A stretch of DNA of 59,005 nt, filler included, from Stramenopiles sp. TOSAG23-2 (taxonomy: Eukaryota), in NCBI GenBank assembly GCA_900128395.1. It is 3 parts of 3 records of this genome, joined end to end, with 100 filler letters (N's around TTAATTAATTAA, not from the genome) between each part and the next. Parts side by side here need not be neighbours in the genome. Positions count along the whole stretch, not along the records: positions 19,788 to 39,352 come from LT649578.1; 2 more parts are not named here. One strand, written 5' to 3'. The translations under genes and the position numbers were made by a program. Below, one piece after another: positions 21,681 through 32,360 of the stretch; position 1 is the stretch's first letter; every line of letters begins with the position of its first letter. The notes beneath the pieces are model-generated. The model had not been told where the DNA came from, did not search any database, and saw only the letters and a program-made list of their open reading frames with translations.

Positions 21681-24077
21681 TTAATCTTGACGATTAGCTT
21701 GTTCATTAAACATTGTCAAAACTTGATCACTAGATGTAGCATCTAAAACATCTTTATCATCTCTTACGCGTAATAAACGTGGGAAACGTAAAGCAATGCC
21801 TTTTGTATCATGCGCTTCACCAATTGCAGCTGTATGTGCAGGTGAAATGGATAAATCAGCAGCTTTGACTTCCCATACCATACTACTTTTTAACCAAATA
21901 TCTGGACGCAAAGTTGCTGCATCTGCCCTAACATTATAATCCATTGGTTTAGCTGGTAAAATACGATCTTTTCCTTCTTCGTTGAAAAACTTATAAAACT
22001 TTTCTAAATTTTCATCGGAAAATCCAGTACCAATTTTACAAACAGTTTGAAATTCTTCTTCATCTGGATTGTAACATGCGCATAAATATGCACCATACCA
22101 ACCTGTCCGCTTTCCTTTACCACGCCAAGCTGCAATTGGTACTAAATCCAATGAATCGCCCATACCTTCCAAATAATCTTTTTTCAATTTCAACCAATTT
22201 AACGAACGTCTTGATGGTTCGTATGTCGCATCTTCATCTAATGTTTTTACCATTAAACCTTCACAATTTCCTTTAATAGATTCATCTAAAAATGTTTCAA
22301 TTTCCTCAACGCTTTTGCAATCTTTACCAACAACGAAGGTAAATTTATTTTCTACCTCTTGAAAATTTTCAAATAACAATCTACGCCTTTCCGATAATGG
22401 TTTCTGTAATAAGGATTCACCATTTAAATACAATAAATCAAATGCAGTCATAATAACTTGGATTTTAATATCTTCTTTCTTCGTATCTTTTTTCGATCTT
22501 GTACTTAATGATTGAAATGGCATCAAAATCTTTTTCTCGCAATCATATGCAACAATTTCACTATCCATGATGCAAGACGTAACTTTACCAGGTTTCAATG
22601 CTTTTGGCAACATATCAATAACATCTGGATATTTACTAGTATTATTTTCCATATTTCTGGAAAATACTTTCACCGTGCCATCTTCAAGTAAATGTACTTG
22701 GCCACGTTCACCGTCGTATTTAAATTCACACGTAAAATCTAACCCTTCGAATCGATCCAACACTTCCGATACACCTTTTGTTGGCTTTGCAAGCATAGGT
22801 TTTACCGGGATACCAGCAGTCAAATTACATATTTCATTAATACCTTCACAACCAGCTTTTAATAAACCAGGAACAATTGCAGTGAAACTTGGAATTTCAG
22901 AAAATGCTTGTTTTAAATTAATTTCATTTGCCTCTTTCATTGCAGTGAATTTTTCAGCACTAATACCAACACGTCTATCTAATACGGTTGGTGACGTCAT
23001 GGAAAATGCCATTGATAATGCTTTTAATACGGTTTGTTCTGACATACCAATACGTAATTTCCCTTGTAAACCCCGGATAATATATTTCGCTTCCACACCT
23101 TTTGAATCGACTAATAATTTTTTAATAGCACCACATTTTTTATCTTGTGATTTATTGCCAGAAATAGCAGCAATTTCCTTGAAACATTTAAAGACATCTA
23201 CTAATTTCAATGGCTTTGGTTTTGTAAACATGATTTGTTTTTGTCTACCACGGTAATAATTTGCTACTTTACCAAGATCTCCTAATTCAACATATTTCTT
23301 ATTGATAAATTTTAAATTAGTACCAGTTGTTTGCACAATTGATTTTTTCAACAATGCTTCACCTAAACCAAGTTCCACATTTTCAAATCCTGGAGCTACT
23401 TGATTACATGCTAAATATACACATTGTAGCAAACTATCTGGTGATAATGCAATGACAGAACGTAAAAATTCGCATAAATATGCTTCAATCTCTAAACGTT
23501 TTGTAGTACCTTCAATTTTTTCAAATACTTCACAAATTGCACGATATGGTATTTTCTCACCTTTTTTCCACTCTGCATCGTTTATTGGATGGAACGATCC
23601 AACAACTTTATCCGAAGAATATGTTGTTGTGTTGGTGGTCGAACTTTTTTTCTTGCTATTGCTGTTGCTGCTACTAGAAGAAGACGACGAGGAGCTACTG
23701 GTGGTGGTGGTGGTGGTGTTAATAACTTTTTTTGCAACTTTTTGTTTTTTGACTTCAACTTTTGAATTATCACTATTACTTTTATCAGTAGGTGTTGATC
23801 CAGGTGTTAATGCTTGTTTCATTTCTACTACAGGTGTTTTCTCTTTTTCAATATCTTTATGCTTTCGTTTGCTAGTCGTACTTGGCGTCAATGTATTATC
23901 TTTTTTTTCCGTCTCAACATTTGTTGCATCAGTAGAAGTTTTCATCTTTTTATTGTTACTACTACTACTACTAGCTTTTGAATTAAAAAAAGAAGTAATA
24001 GTACCATTTTTATTGGAAGTTGTTGATTTTTTTCTTTTTGGTGGTGGTACACCATTTCGTGTAATAAACCTATCCAT
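21681..24077 (-). CDS. LIG1: DNA ligase I
   Basis: PMLAKP, adenylation motif EFKYDGER, EGLMVK, WLKLKKDY, CKIGTGFSD, LRFPR..RDDK; N-terminal PIP-like TITSFF. Confidence 0.97.
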   Translation of the reverse strand: MDRFITRNGVPPPKRKKSTTSNKNGTITSFFNSKASSSSSNNKKMKTSTDATNVETEKKDNTLTPSTTSKRKHKDIEKEKTPVVEMKQALTPGSTPTDKSNSDNSKVEVKKQKVAKKVINTTTTTTSSSSSSSSSSSNSNSKKKSSTTNTTTYSSDKVVGSFHPINDAEWKKGEKIPYRAICEVFEKIEGTTKRLEIEAYLCEFLRSVIALSPDSLLQCVYLACNQVAPGFENVELGLGEALLKKSIVQTTGTNLKFINKKYVELGDLGKVANYYRGRQKQIMFTKPKPLKLVDVFKCFKEIAAISGNKSQDKKCGAIKKLLVDSKGVEAKYIIRGLQGKLRIGMSEQTVLKALSMAFSMTSPTVLDRRVGISAEKFTAMKEANEINLKQAFSEIPSFTAIVPGLLKAGCEGINEICNLTAGIPVKPMLAKPTKGVSEVLDRFEGLDFTCEFKYDGERGQVHLLEDGTVKVFSRNMENNTSKYPDVIDMLPKALKPGKVTSCIMDSEIVAYDCEKKILMPFQSLSTRSKKDTKKEDIKIQVIMTAFDLLYLNGESLLQKPLSERRRLLFENFQEVENKFTFVVGKDCKSVEEIETFLDESIKGNCEGLMVKTLDEDATYEPSRRSLNWLKLKKDYLEGMGDSLDLVPIAAWRGKGKRTGWYGAYLCACYNPDEEEFQTVCKIGTGFSDENLEKFYKFFNEEGKDRILPAKPMDYNVRADAATLRPDIWLKSSMVWEVKAADLSISPAHTAAIGEAHDTKGIALRFPRLLRVRDDKDVLDATSSDQVLTMFNEQANRQD

Positions 24078-26145
24078 TTCGTTTTCAATGTCAATCTTAT
24101 ATATATATATAGGTAGATACTACGTATTACTTATATAGTTTTGTGCTTTCGTGTTATGAATGTTGGTTATTTTTCATATATATACAAAGAGGAGGAATGT
24201 ATTGTGATTTTGTCTGTATATCTAACTCTGTTTGTAATAAAGTATATATATATAATAGTGTGTAATAATAAATTTGGAGGTATTTTCCCACGTAAATTTA
24301 AAAAAAATATGTGATGAGTTGGTATTGCACTATTCTAATTTCCACTTCAAGTATAAATTATGTGTCATTTTTGATAGGGGGATTTTCGAGTTTTCGAGTG
24401 ATTTTACTTTGCCTTTTGGGTGTGCTTTGTGCTTTTTTATTATTTTGCATTTTTAGCAGGGGAATACAAGGATGCTCCGAAATATAACCAAATATATTCT
24501 TATTTTATATAATACAAAATATATTTCATATATTGCTTAGATTACTTAGATACTCATTCACACAAAACCGAAGAAAAAAAAAACACATCAATGGGATATT
24601 CGCCACATTTCGATATTCCGTGAAAAATTGGTAATTTAAATTTGAGCTATTATTATAGTCAATATTGCCAGATTGGATCCTTAAACTTATATCAATATTT
24701 CCGATAGGGATGGTATTTATTATTCTAATTATATATTATGGTAGTATAAATTATCATTTTACCATAGAAGGTGGATGATTCCTCGTTTATCCAATTTATT
24801 ATTGAAATATCCGATACGGTATTTTGCATAAAAACACATATCATGCTATCAAATACCCGATAAGTTATACTTGAACGTGGAATTAGAATATAATAATTGA
24901 ATTACAATATCATAGTAATATTATTAGGTAATAGTATACTATTTTATTGCTTTAAGTACGAAATATGCAGTATTCGGATAATTTATGCTCTTTTAAAATC
25001 CAATATATTTTTATTGCTAAAACACAGTGCAACAAGTTTAAATATTTGTAAAAATAACAACATTTCGATCTTCTTCTTTCTTATAGTACTATATATTTAC
25101 ATATGGTGCTATGCTATTAGCTATTATCTATTAGTATACATAAGGATGGACAAAAAGATCCAAGGAGGTGTACATATATATATATCGATATAGTACATAA
25201 AGTGAATAACAAATATAATAAACAAAAAAAAAAACAAAAGAACGGGATTAGTACATAATTCATACAAGTTAAAACGTAAGTGGAAGATCGAAAATGGGAA
25301 CAGAATCCATTGGAAAAGATGGAAGAGGAAAAGTTGAAACATCTTGAAATGAGATGAGAAATTTATGGCGAGAGAGTGGCGAAAGAGCTGGGAGAGAGTA
25401 AAGATTAAAAAATATATATATATAAAATGCATTTTGAACTGCACATCTAACATGTGTTGCATGTTACGGAAATGACTGTCAACATGGGAATTTGAGAGGC
25501 CTATATTATAGAGAAAGGGGATTTTGAGATTATTTTTGACGACTTTGGCGACAGCGTAAACTTTATTGTTCCGGCCCCTAATACCTGCGAAGTAGCAGTG
25601 AAACTGCATTTTCTAGGCGATGGTGTTATTCCCCTGCTAAAATCACAACAATGCTATTCCCCTGCTATACAATGCTATTCCCCCACTATATTTCCTGCAA
25701 AAATTTTAAATAAATCGCTTTGTACCCTAACAAGCACATAGTCCCTATATACATCTCTGAGCAAGAACCTTAACCCATCTTTTCTCATCTCACATAGAGT
25801 CGTTTTACAAACAACAAAAACACATAAAAACATATATATATTTATACAAGTAGATGTGGAAACAGAGAAGGAAAAGTACTAGAGAGCGACAAATAAAATT
25901 AAAAAGTTACAAGTAACCAAACGACGATTGTAGTATTAATATTCGTATATATATATATCAGGGTTTTAATATAACATTAAACGCGTATACGTACATATAA
26001 ATAAATTAATCCACGCCCTTTTTTTTATTGTCAATACAACGCCAATCTATACAATAATATATATATATATATTGAAGGCAACACATTTATATAAACATTT
26101 TGTAAAATAAAAGTAAAAAAAAACACACACACACACAACAACAAT

Positions 26146-26574
26146 ATGTCCGTACAACCAGAAGAAGCAATTGAAGATAATAGACCTCGTACTACTGGTA
26201 AATTTCCAAGACGTGAAGGTGTAAAAAATCAAATTGCAGATATAACCAAAAGACTTAGGGAACATGATTTGACGTTGGAAGAAATTAAACTAAAAGAACA
26301 AAGTGAGGAAAGTAGTAATACGGAAATGTTAGATAATTTACAATTAATGTTTGAGAATATGATTAAAGATATGCGTTCCGAATTTGATACAAAATTAGGA
26401 GCTGCACATAATGAAATTGACAAATTGAAGAAGCAAATTGTTATTATGAGAGGTGAAGCAAAAATACAAGGACAACAAGTAAAAGTAACATCTAAACATT
26501 TAGGAGATTTAGCAGACACCGTCGATGAAATTGTACGTGATATCAACGGAGATGTAGATGATACATATGCATAA
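26146..26574 (+). CDS. Small coiled-coil protein
   Basis: 142-aa ORF with heptad pattern and an A-rich leader. Confidence 0.65.
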   Translation: MSVQPEEAIEDNRPRTTGKFPRREGVKNQIADITKRLREHDLTLEEIKLKEQSEESSNTEMLDNLQLMFENMIKDMRSEFDTKLGAAHNEIDKLKKQIVIMRGEAKIQGQQVKVTSKHLGDLADTVDEIVRDINGDVDDTYA

Positions 26575-26749
26575 TAAGAAAAGGATATGGTGGTGGAGAG
26601 AAGCTTTTGGACAAAAAAAATTGACCGAACAAAAAAATATTAAAAAGATATAACACATGATAAGCATATATATATAAAATAAACACAAGATCTAAATTTA
26701 TCGGTGTGTCGGGGTTTTAAAAAATCTCTCTCTATCTCTTCTCTCTACA

Positions 26750-28441
26750 CTATTTCAACCCTCTATCATCTTCATATTCATGATTATAAAATTTATATTT
26801 CTTCATTTTTGGTTTTTTCATTCGAATCATTTTCTTATTGTTTTTTGTAATTACTTCCTTTACGTTGACCCTCCTTGCCCTACTCCCCGTTCTTCTATTA
26901 TTTTCAAAAAATTGTTCATAAATCAAACCAATAAAACCCATAGAAGCCATTACAACGACTAAGGCAGCAGCTCCATACAGAATATATTTTGCTATATTAT
27001 CCGTAGCTCGATGAGATGAAAATCGTACACGATTATCATAATTTTCTAAACGTTCAATCCAACTGGGTACTTGATTAATTGTTGACATTTGATTCATTAA
27101 CATTGCATGTCCAGTTTCATTGCGTATTGAAATGGTTACCATTTCATTTTTCCAATCAAAATCAATGCTACCAAAATTTTTCCCAGTATAATAAAAATGA
27201 TCACTACTACGATGATCTTTAAATTTATGCAATATATATGGACAAGTAAATCCATATAAATATGGTGTTGTACATGTATGTGTTAAACCACTAGATGTCA
27301 CTTCAATTAAGCCACCTTGTTCATCATTATCCCAACCAAGAAATTCACCAAAATGAACATCCCCACTTAAAAATATTAATCCTTTTGGTCGATTTCTACT
27401 GATAATGTTCAACAAACGTACTCTAGATCGTGGAAAATGAGTCCATCCTTCAAACAATGGATTGGAACTAAATACTTGTATGGATGAAACAATGATATTA
27501 AATTTAATATCATGTCCATTTCGTACAGTATCATTCAATACTTGTTCAAACCAATGCCATTGTTCTTCACCAAGGACATCTCCATTATAATCAACATCGA
27601 AACCAAAGACGGAGCTGAAAAAACGTGTAATACATGCAATCACTGCACCGAATGGATGTAACCATGAAACACCACCAACTGATGGTATCACATGTTTATC
27701 CCTAAATGTTCTTGTATCTAATAAAATAAATCGTACTTTTTTCCCTGGTGGTCCATATGTAAATGTTGAATACATTCCTTTACGTGTTCTACGTTTGGAT
27801 TTCAATGGAACTTCTAAAAAGTTTAAAAATAAATTTTGTCTTAAATTTTTCTCATTTAAATCTTTTCCCGCATCATTTACCCCATAATCATGATCATCCC
27901 ATGTACCATCAATATATGGTTTCGGTTTTGATTCTCTGAAAATTTTATAATCTGTCCGTTTATATTGTTTGATATAATTGTTTTCCAATGTTGTAATATT
28001 ATGTCCATCTTTATGATATACTGCATCCCCTGTCCATAAAAAAACATCAGGTTTATAATTTTTAATAGCTTTGAAAATTGTTGTATTTTTATCTTGATGA
28101 TAACAAGATGCAAATGCTAGTTTTGATAATGGTTTTGAATTTAATTTTATAATATTTGATGGGGATTGGTCGTAATGTTTCTGGGTACGTGTATGTTCCT
28201 CTACTTGATCAAGATTAATTGGAGTTTTATCGTTATTATTACTTAATGTAGCAGTGTCATCATCACTTGTCTTCTTTGCATTTATGTTAATAAATAGAAT
28301 TATTATTATTATTGAAATTAAATATTTATTATATTGATGTTGACGTGGACGAGAAGATAGACAAGTTGATATTTTTTTATATTGTTTATTATTATCATTA
28401 TGTACAAATATTTTCTTTCTGGTAAAAGATAGTAATTTCAT
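26750..28441 (-). CDS. phoD: Alkaline phosphatase D (PhoD) family protein with N- and C-terminal hydrophobic segments
   Basis: AFASC, WTGDAVY, WDDHDYG.ND, LLDTR, LGEEQW.W, LSGDVH, EVTSSGLTH, NFG.IDFDW. Confidence 0.93.
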   Translation of the reverse strand: MKLLSFTRKKIFVHNDNNKQYKKISTCLSSRPRQHQYNKYLISIIIIILFININAKKTSDDDTATLSNNNDKTPINLDQVEEHTRTQKHYDQSPSNIIKLNSKPLSKLAFASCYHQDKNTTIFKAIKNYKPDVFLWTGDAVYHKDGHNITTLENNYIKQYKRTDYKIFRESKPKPYIDGTWDDHDYGVNDAGKDLNEKNLRQNLFLNFLEVPLKSKRRTRKGMYSTFTYGPPGKKVRFILLDTRTFRDKHVIPSVGGVSWLHPFGAVIACITRFFSSVFGFDVDYNGDVLGEEQWHWFEQVLNDTVRNGHDIKFNIIVSSIQVFSSNPLFEGWTHFPRSRVRLLNIISRNRPKGLIFLSGDVHFGEFLGWDNDEQGGLIEVTSSGLTHTCTTPYLYGFTCPYILHKFKDHRSSDHFYYTGKNFGSIDFDWKNEMVTISIRNETGHAMLMNQMSTINQVPSWIERLENYDNRVRFSSHRATDNIAKYILYGAAALVVVMASMGFIGLIYEQFFENNRRTGSRARRVNVKEVITKNNKKMIRMKKPKMKKYKFYNHEYEDDRGLK

Positions 28442-29070
28442 ATTTGTTAATTTTGTTTTGCTGTATATGTATATATTTGTGTGTTTTTCTATATGATTGA
28501 TGTATGAATTGTTTTATAGGGAATGTGTTCTTAGTTTCTATATTATCGTGTATTGAATTCAATTAATTATAATGGACCGCAAACTAAAACGCATTGAGAA
28601 ACATTAAAATAGAATAGAAGACAGTGTGAATACGTGTGAATCGAAGAAAGAGCTCTTGAACACTGTCATTCGTAATGTTTAGATTCAGATAATATGTACA
28701 TATACTTTATAAATATCACAATAAAAAAATAAAAAGTATTTTGACCATTTATAATACACGCACATCAACTGATTTTGCAAAAAAACACACATATTTTGCC
28801 AATGTACATGATGTCATCACACTTCAATTTTTATTATATTTATTGAAAACTTGTTTTATAAATCAGGTGAAAATACAAATAGAACGAGAATGTTGAAAAA
28901 AGAGAGTGTCAATGTTTGCTTTTCCTTTTCTCCCCCCCTTCATTCTATTTGTACAAAACAGTTCAATTATTACACATTATTTACAACAATATATAATTAT
29001 TGAACATTCAATGAGGATGAATTCAAAAGAAAAATTATTTATCTTTTCGAAGAAAAATAATATTTCTTTT

Positions 29071-29682
<612 letters not shown>

Positions 29683-30002
29683 TTATTTGTTGTTTTTTTT
29701 TTTGGTTGTTTTTGTTATTAATTTATAAAAAATTTGTTTATTGTTGTTTATATATTTCTATTCTTTCGTATATCTACCATAAACACTATCCTATTCATAT
29801 CTTCATTCAAAGTCTATATGTTTTCAAATGAAGTAGAAAGATGATTTGTAATTGTATTTGCCTGCTAATTTAAATTATTTAGTTGTCCCGGCTAGGCCGT
29901 CAGAAATCATTTCATTCACTTTCACAAGAATGAATGGACATATGCACGTTCCAGTGCTATGCCAGCCTAATTAAAATATTAAAAAGTTTGTTGCTCGATG
30001 AG

Positions 30003-30352
30003 CCTATCAAAGGATACGTAAATTATACTTGAAGTGGAAAATTAGAATACCAAAATACATCAATATCCGATTTTTATCCTATCAAATGACATAAATGATA
30101 CTTGAAGTGGAAATTAGAATACCAAAATACTTCAATATCTGATTATTTTATCCTATCAAATGACATAATGTATACTTGAATGGGAAATTAGAATAACAAA
30201 ATACTACAATATCTAAATTTTATCCTATCAAATGACATAAATTATACTTGAAGTGGAAATTAAAATACCAAAATACTTTTTAATATCTAAATTTTATCCT
30301 ATCAAATGACATAATGTATACTTGAATGGGAAATTAGAATACCAAAATACTT
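30003..30352 (+). repeat. Tandem minisatellite, ~74-bp unit, about 4.7 copies
   Basis: Units start with cctatcaa at 30003, 30078, 30152, 30224 and 30298. Core sequence: atacttgaa(gt/tg)ggaaattagaataccaaaatac. Confidence 0.95.
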
Positions 30353-30684
30353 TTTCCAACAACCACAACACCACAACACACAACACCACCCTTATTTTAT
30401 TATAGAAGGCTACCAGGTGCACAGGTACTAAAAAAAAATAAAAAAAATAATATAAATGATATAATAATATACCCAAAAACGTTAAAAAAACAACAAAATT
30501 TATTTTGAAACAAAAAATATATATAATTGTATGTATGTATGTATTTATGTCTATATATACTGTACAAATCAACCTCTCGTGTGTATGTATTGTAAATAAT
30601 AATAAATACAATCCCACAATAATTTATGCTTTAACTGTCGTCAACAACTTTTAGTAAATATTTTATGTAAAAAGAAACAGAAAT

Positions 30685-32094
30685 ATGTCAACTACATCAA
30701 AATATATTACTACTACTACTAATAATAATAATAATTCAACAACAATTGTCCAAATGTCAACATTTGACAATAATAATAATAACAATAAAGTGGAAGCAGA
30801 TGAAATTGAAACTCTTCATATTGATGATGATAATAAAACTCTCCCTATTTTAAATGACAAAACCGAAAAGTACATATATGATTTATATAATAGTGATGTT
30901 GTTCGCGCCGAAGAGGTATTTTCACCATTGGTTACTAGTATTAATAAACGTATTTTGGGAATGAGATTTTTTGGAGGTGGAAACTGGAAAAGTGAACAAG
31001 AAGACAATGATAATAATAAGAAAAATATGCATCAACAAAAAGCAGTCAATTCATATAAATATCTTGGTTTGCATTGTTTCTACTGGATTATGTTCACTAT
31101 TACATTTTTCCCGTTTTTGTATTTAATCGGTTTGGATATAGGTATTGCTGTATTCATTGCAACATTGGTGATGGGCCCGATGATTTTGACTACACCTTTT
31201 GCCGAACTTCATATTTTTAGGTCTAAATTTTTATCACTACGACTAAAAGATCAAAATGATTCTGTAGTAAAAAGTTTAAAGAAAAATTTTGGTTGTAGTG
31301 ATTTATGGCTGCGTTTCATGGAACTTTCTGTTACTACAATTACATGTGTTTTACCATGGCAATTACTGGTTGTACCATATGTTAAAATGTATCCAGGAGA
31401 ATATTTTTTAGAGATTATTTCAATTATATCTATATTTGTGAATGTAATAGCCTTGTTTATTGGAATTGGATTTCAAAAATGGCAACCTCTAGTCGTATTG
31501 CATCAAAAAGAAATTTTAGTTGCAATTAAACATACTACAACATGTATTGAAGAAATTCTATATGATGAGAAGGAAAACCCTCGCCGCTCGCAGATTAAAT
31601 TAACATATCTATCAAAAAAATTAATCGAACCTATACAATGGGAATTAAAAAAGGTTTGGGGTGCCGAAACAACATACATTTTTGTTGGTGTTATTATTAA
31701 TACTGGGCTTTCGGTTTTCATTGCTATTGGGCATATGACGCCACGAATGGAAAGTGCTGCGCTTCTATATGTACGTATTGGAGTTGTAGTTTTATTGGCA
31801 ACTATGTTTCCATTTATGGGCGTAGGACTGTTAACAGATTCTGCTAAACCGTATGAAATATGGCATAAAATGGAAAAGAAATTGAGGCAACATGCTGATA
31901 AAACATGTAAAGCTGTAAATAAATTTGATGGAAATTATACTTCGTTAAATGAATGGTTACAGCAAAATCGTATTGCATTATATTTATTTGGCCATGCAAT
32001 TGATCATGATTTGCCAGCAAAAGTTGGTGGTGCATTTGCTTCTACACTTGGTGCATTTGCAATTTTATATGCCCGAATGACTGGTAGCGTTTAA
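30685..32094 (+). CDS. Seven-TM membrane protein, candidate gustatory-receptor-like (7TMIC) channel
   Basis: About 7 hydrophobic helices, no signal peptide, long helical loops after TM4 and TM6, and LYLFGHAID preceding the last helix. Confidence 0.6.
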   Translation: MSTTSKYITTTTNNNNNSTTIVQMSTFDNNNNNNKVEADEIETLHIDDDNKTLPILNDKTEKYIYDLYNSDVVRAEEVFSPLVTSINKRILGMRFFGGGNWKSEQEDNDNNKKNMHQQKAVNSYKYLGLHCFYWIMFTITFFPFLYLIGLDIGIAVFIATLVMGPMILTTPFAELHIFRSKFLSLRLKDQNDSVVKSLKKNFGCSDLWLRFMELSVTTITCVLPWQLLVVPYVKMYPGEYFLEIISIISIFVNVIALFIGIGFQKWQPLVVLHQKEILVAIKHTTTCIEEILYDEKENPRRSQIKLTYLSKKLIEPIQWELKKVWGAETTYIFVGVIINTGLSVFIAIGHMTPRMESAALLYVRIGVVVLLATMFPFMGVGLLTDSAKPYEIWHKMEKKLRQHADKTCKAVNKFDGNYTSLNEWLQQNRIALYLFGHAIDHDLPAKVGGAFASTLGAFAILYARMTGSV

Positions 32095-32360
32095 ATTTAA
32101 AAGATTAATGTGAAAAATATCGGATCGGTGGTGTGGTGTATGTGTGTGGTACAAATATTTTTATACAGTATACACATACGAAGTATTATTATATACTCGT
32201 AAAATAAATACTCGTATCGTGGTAGTATATATCATATTATTTTTTATAATTTTGTCAAAAAACATTTAAAATTCTATTTTTTTTATCAGCAGTATCATAA
32301 TTATAAAAACGCGGGTGTGCCTTTTTCCTGTTTTCGTTTCCCCTTCCCCTCTCTTACTTT

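Noticed and set aside
3971-28441. Sulfatase, PhoD and amino-acid transporter as a nutrient-scavenging cluster
   Set aside because: They are split across contigs and interspersed with housekeeping genes.
30003-30352. CRISPR-like array
   Set aside because: The whole unit repeats with no unique spacers, there are no cas genes, and the context is eukaryotic.
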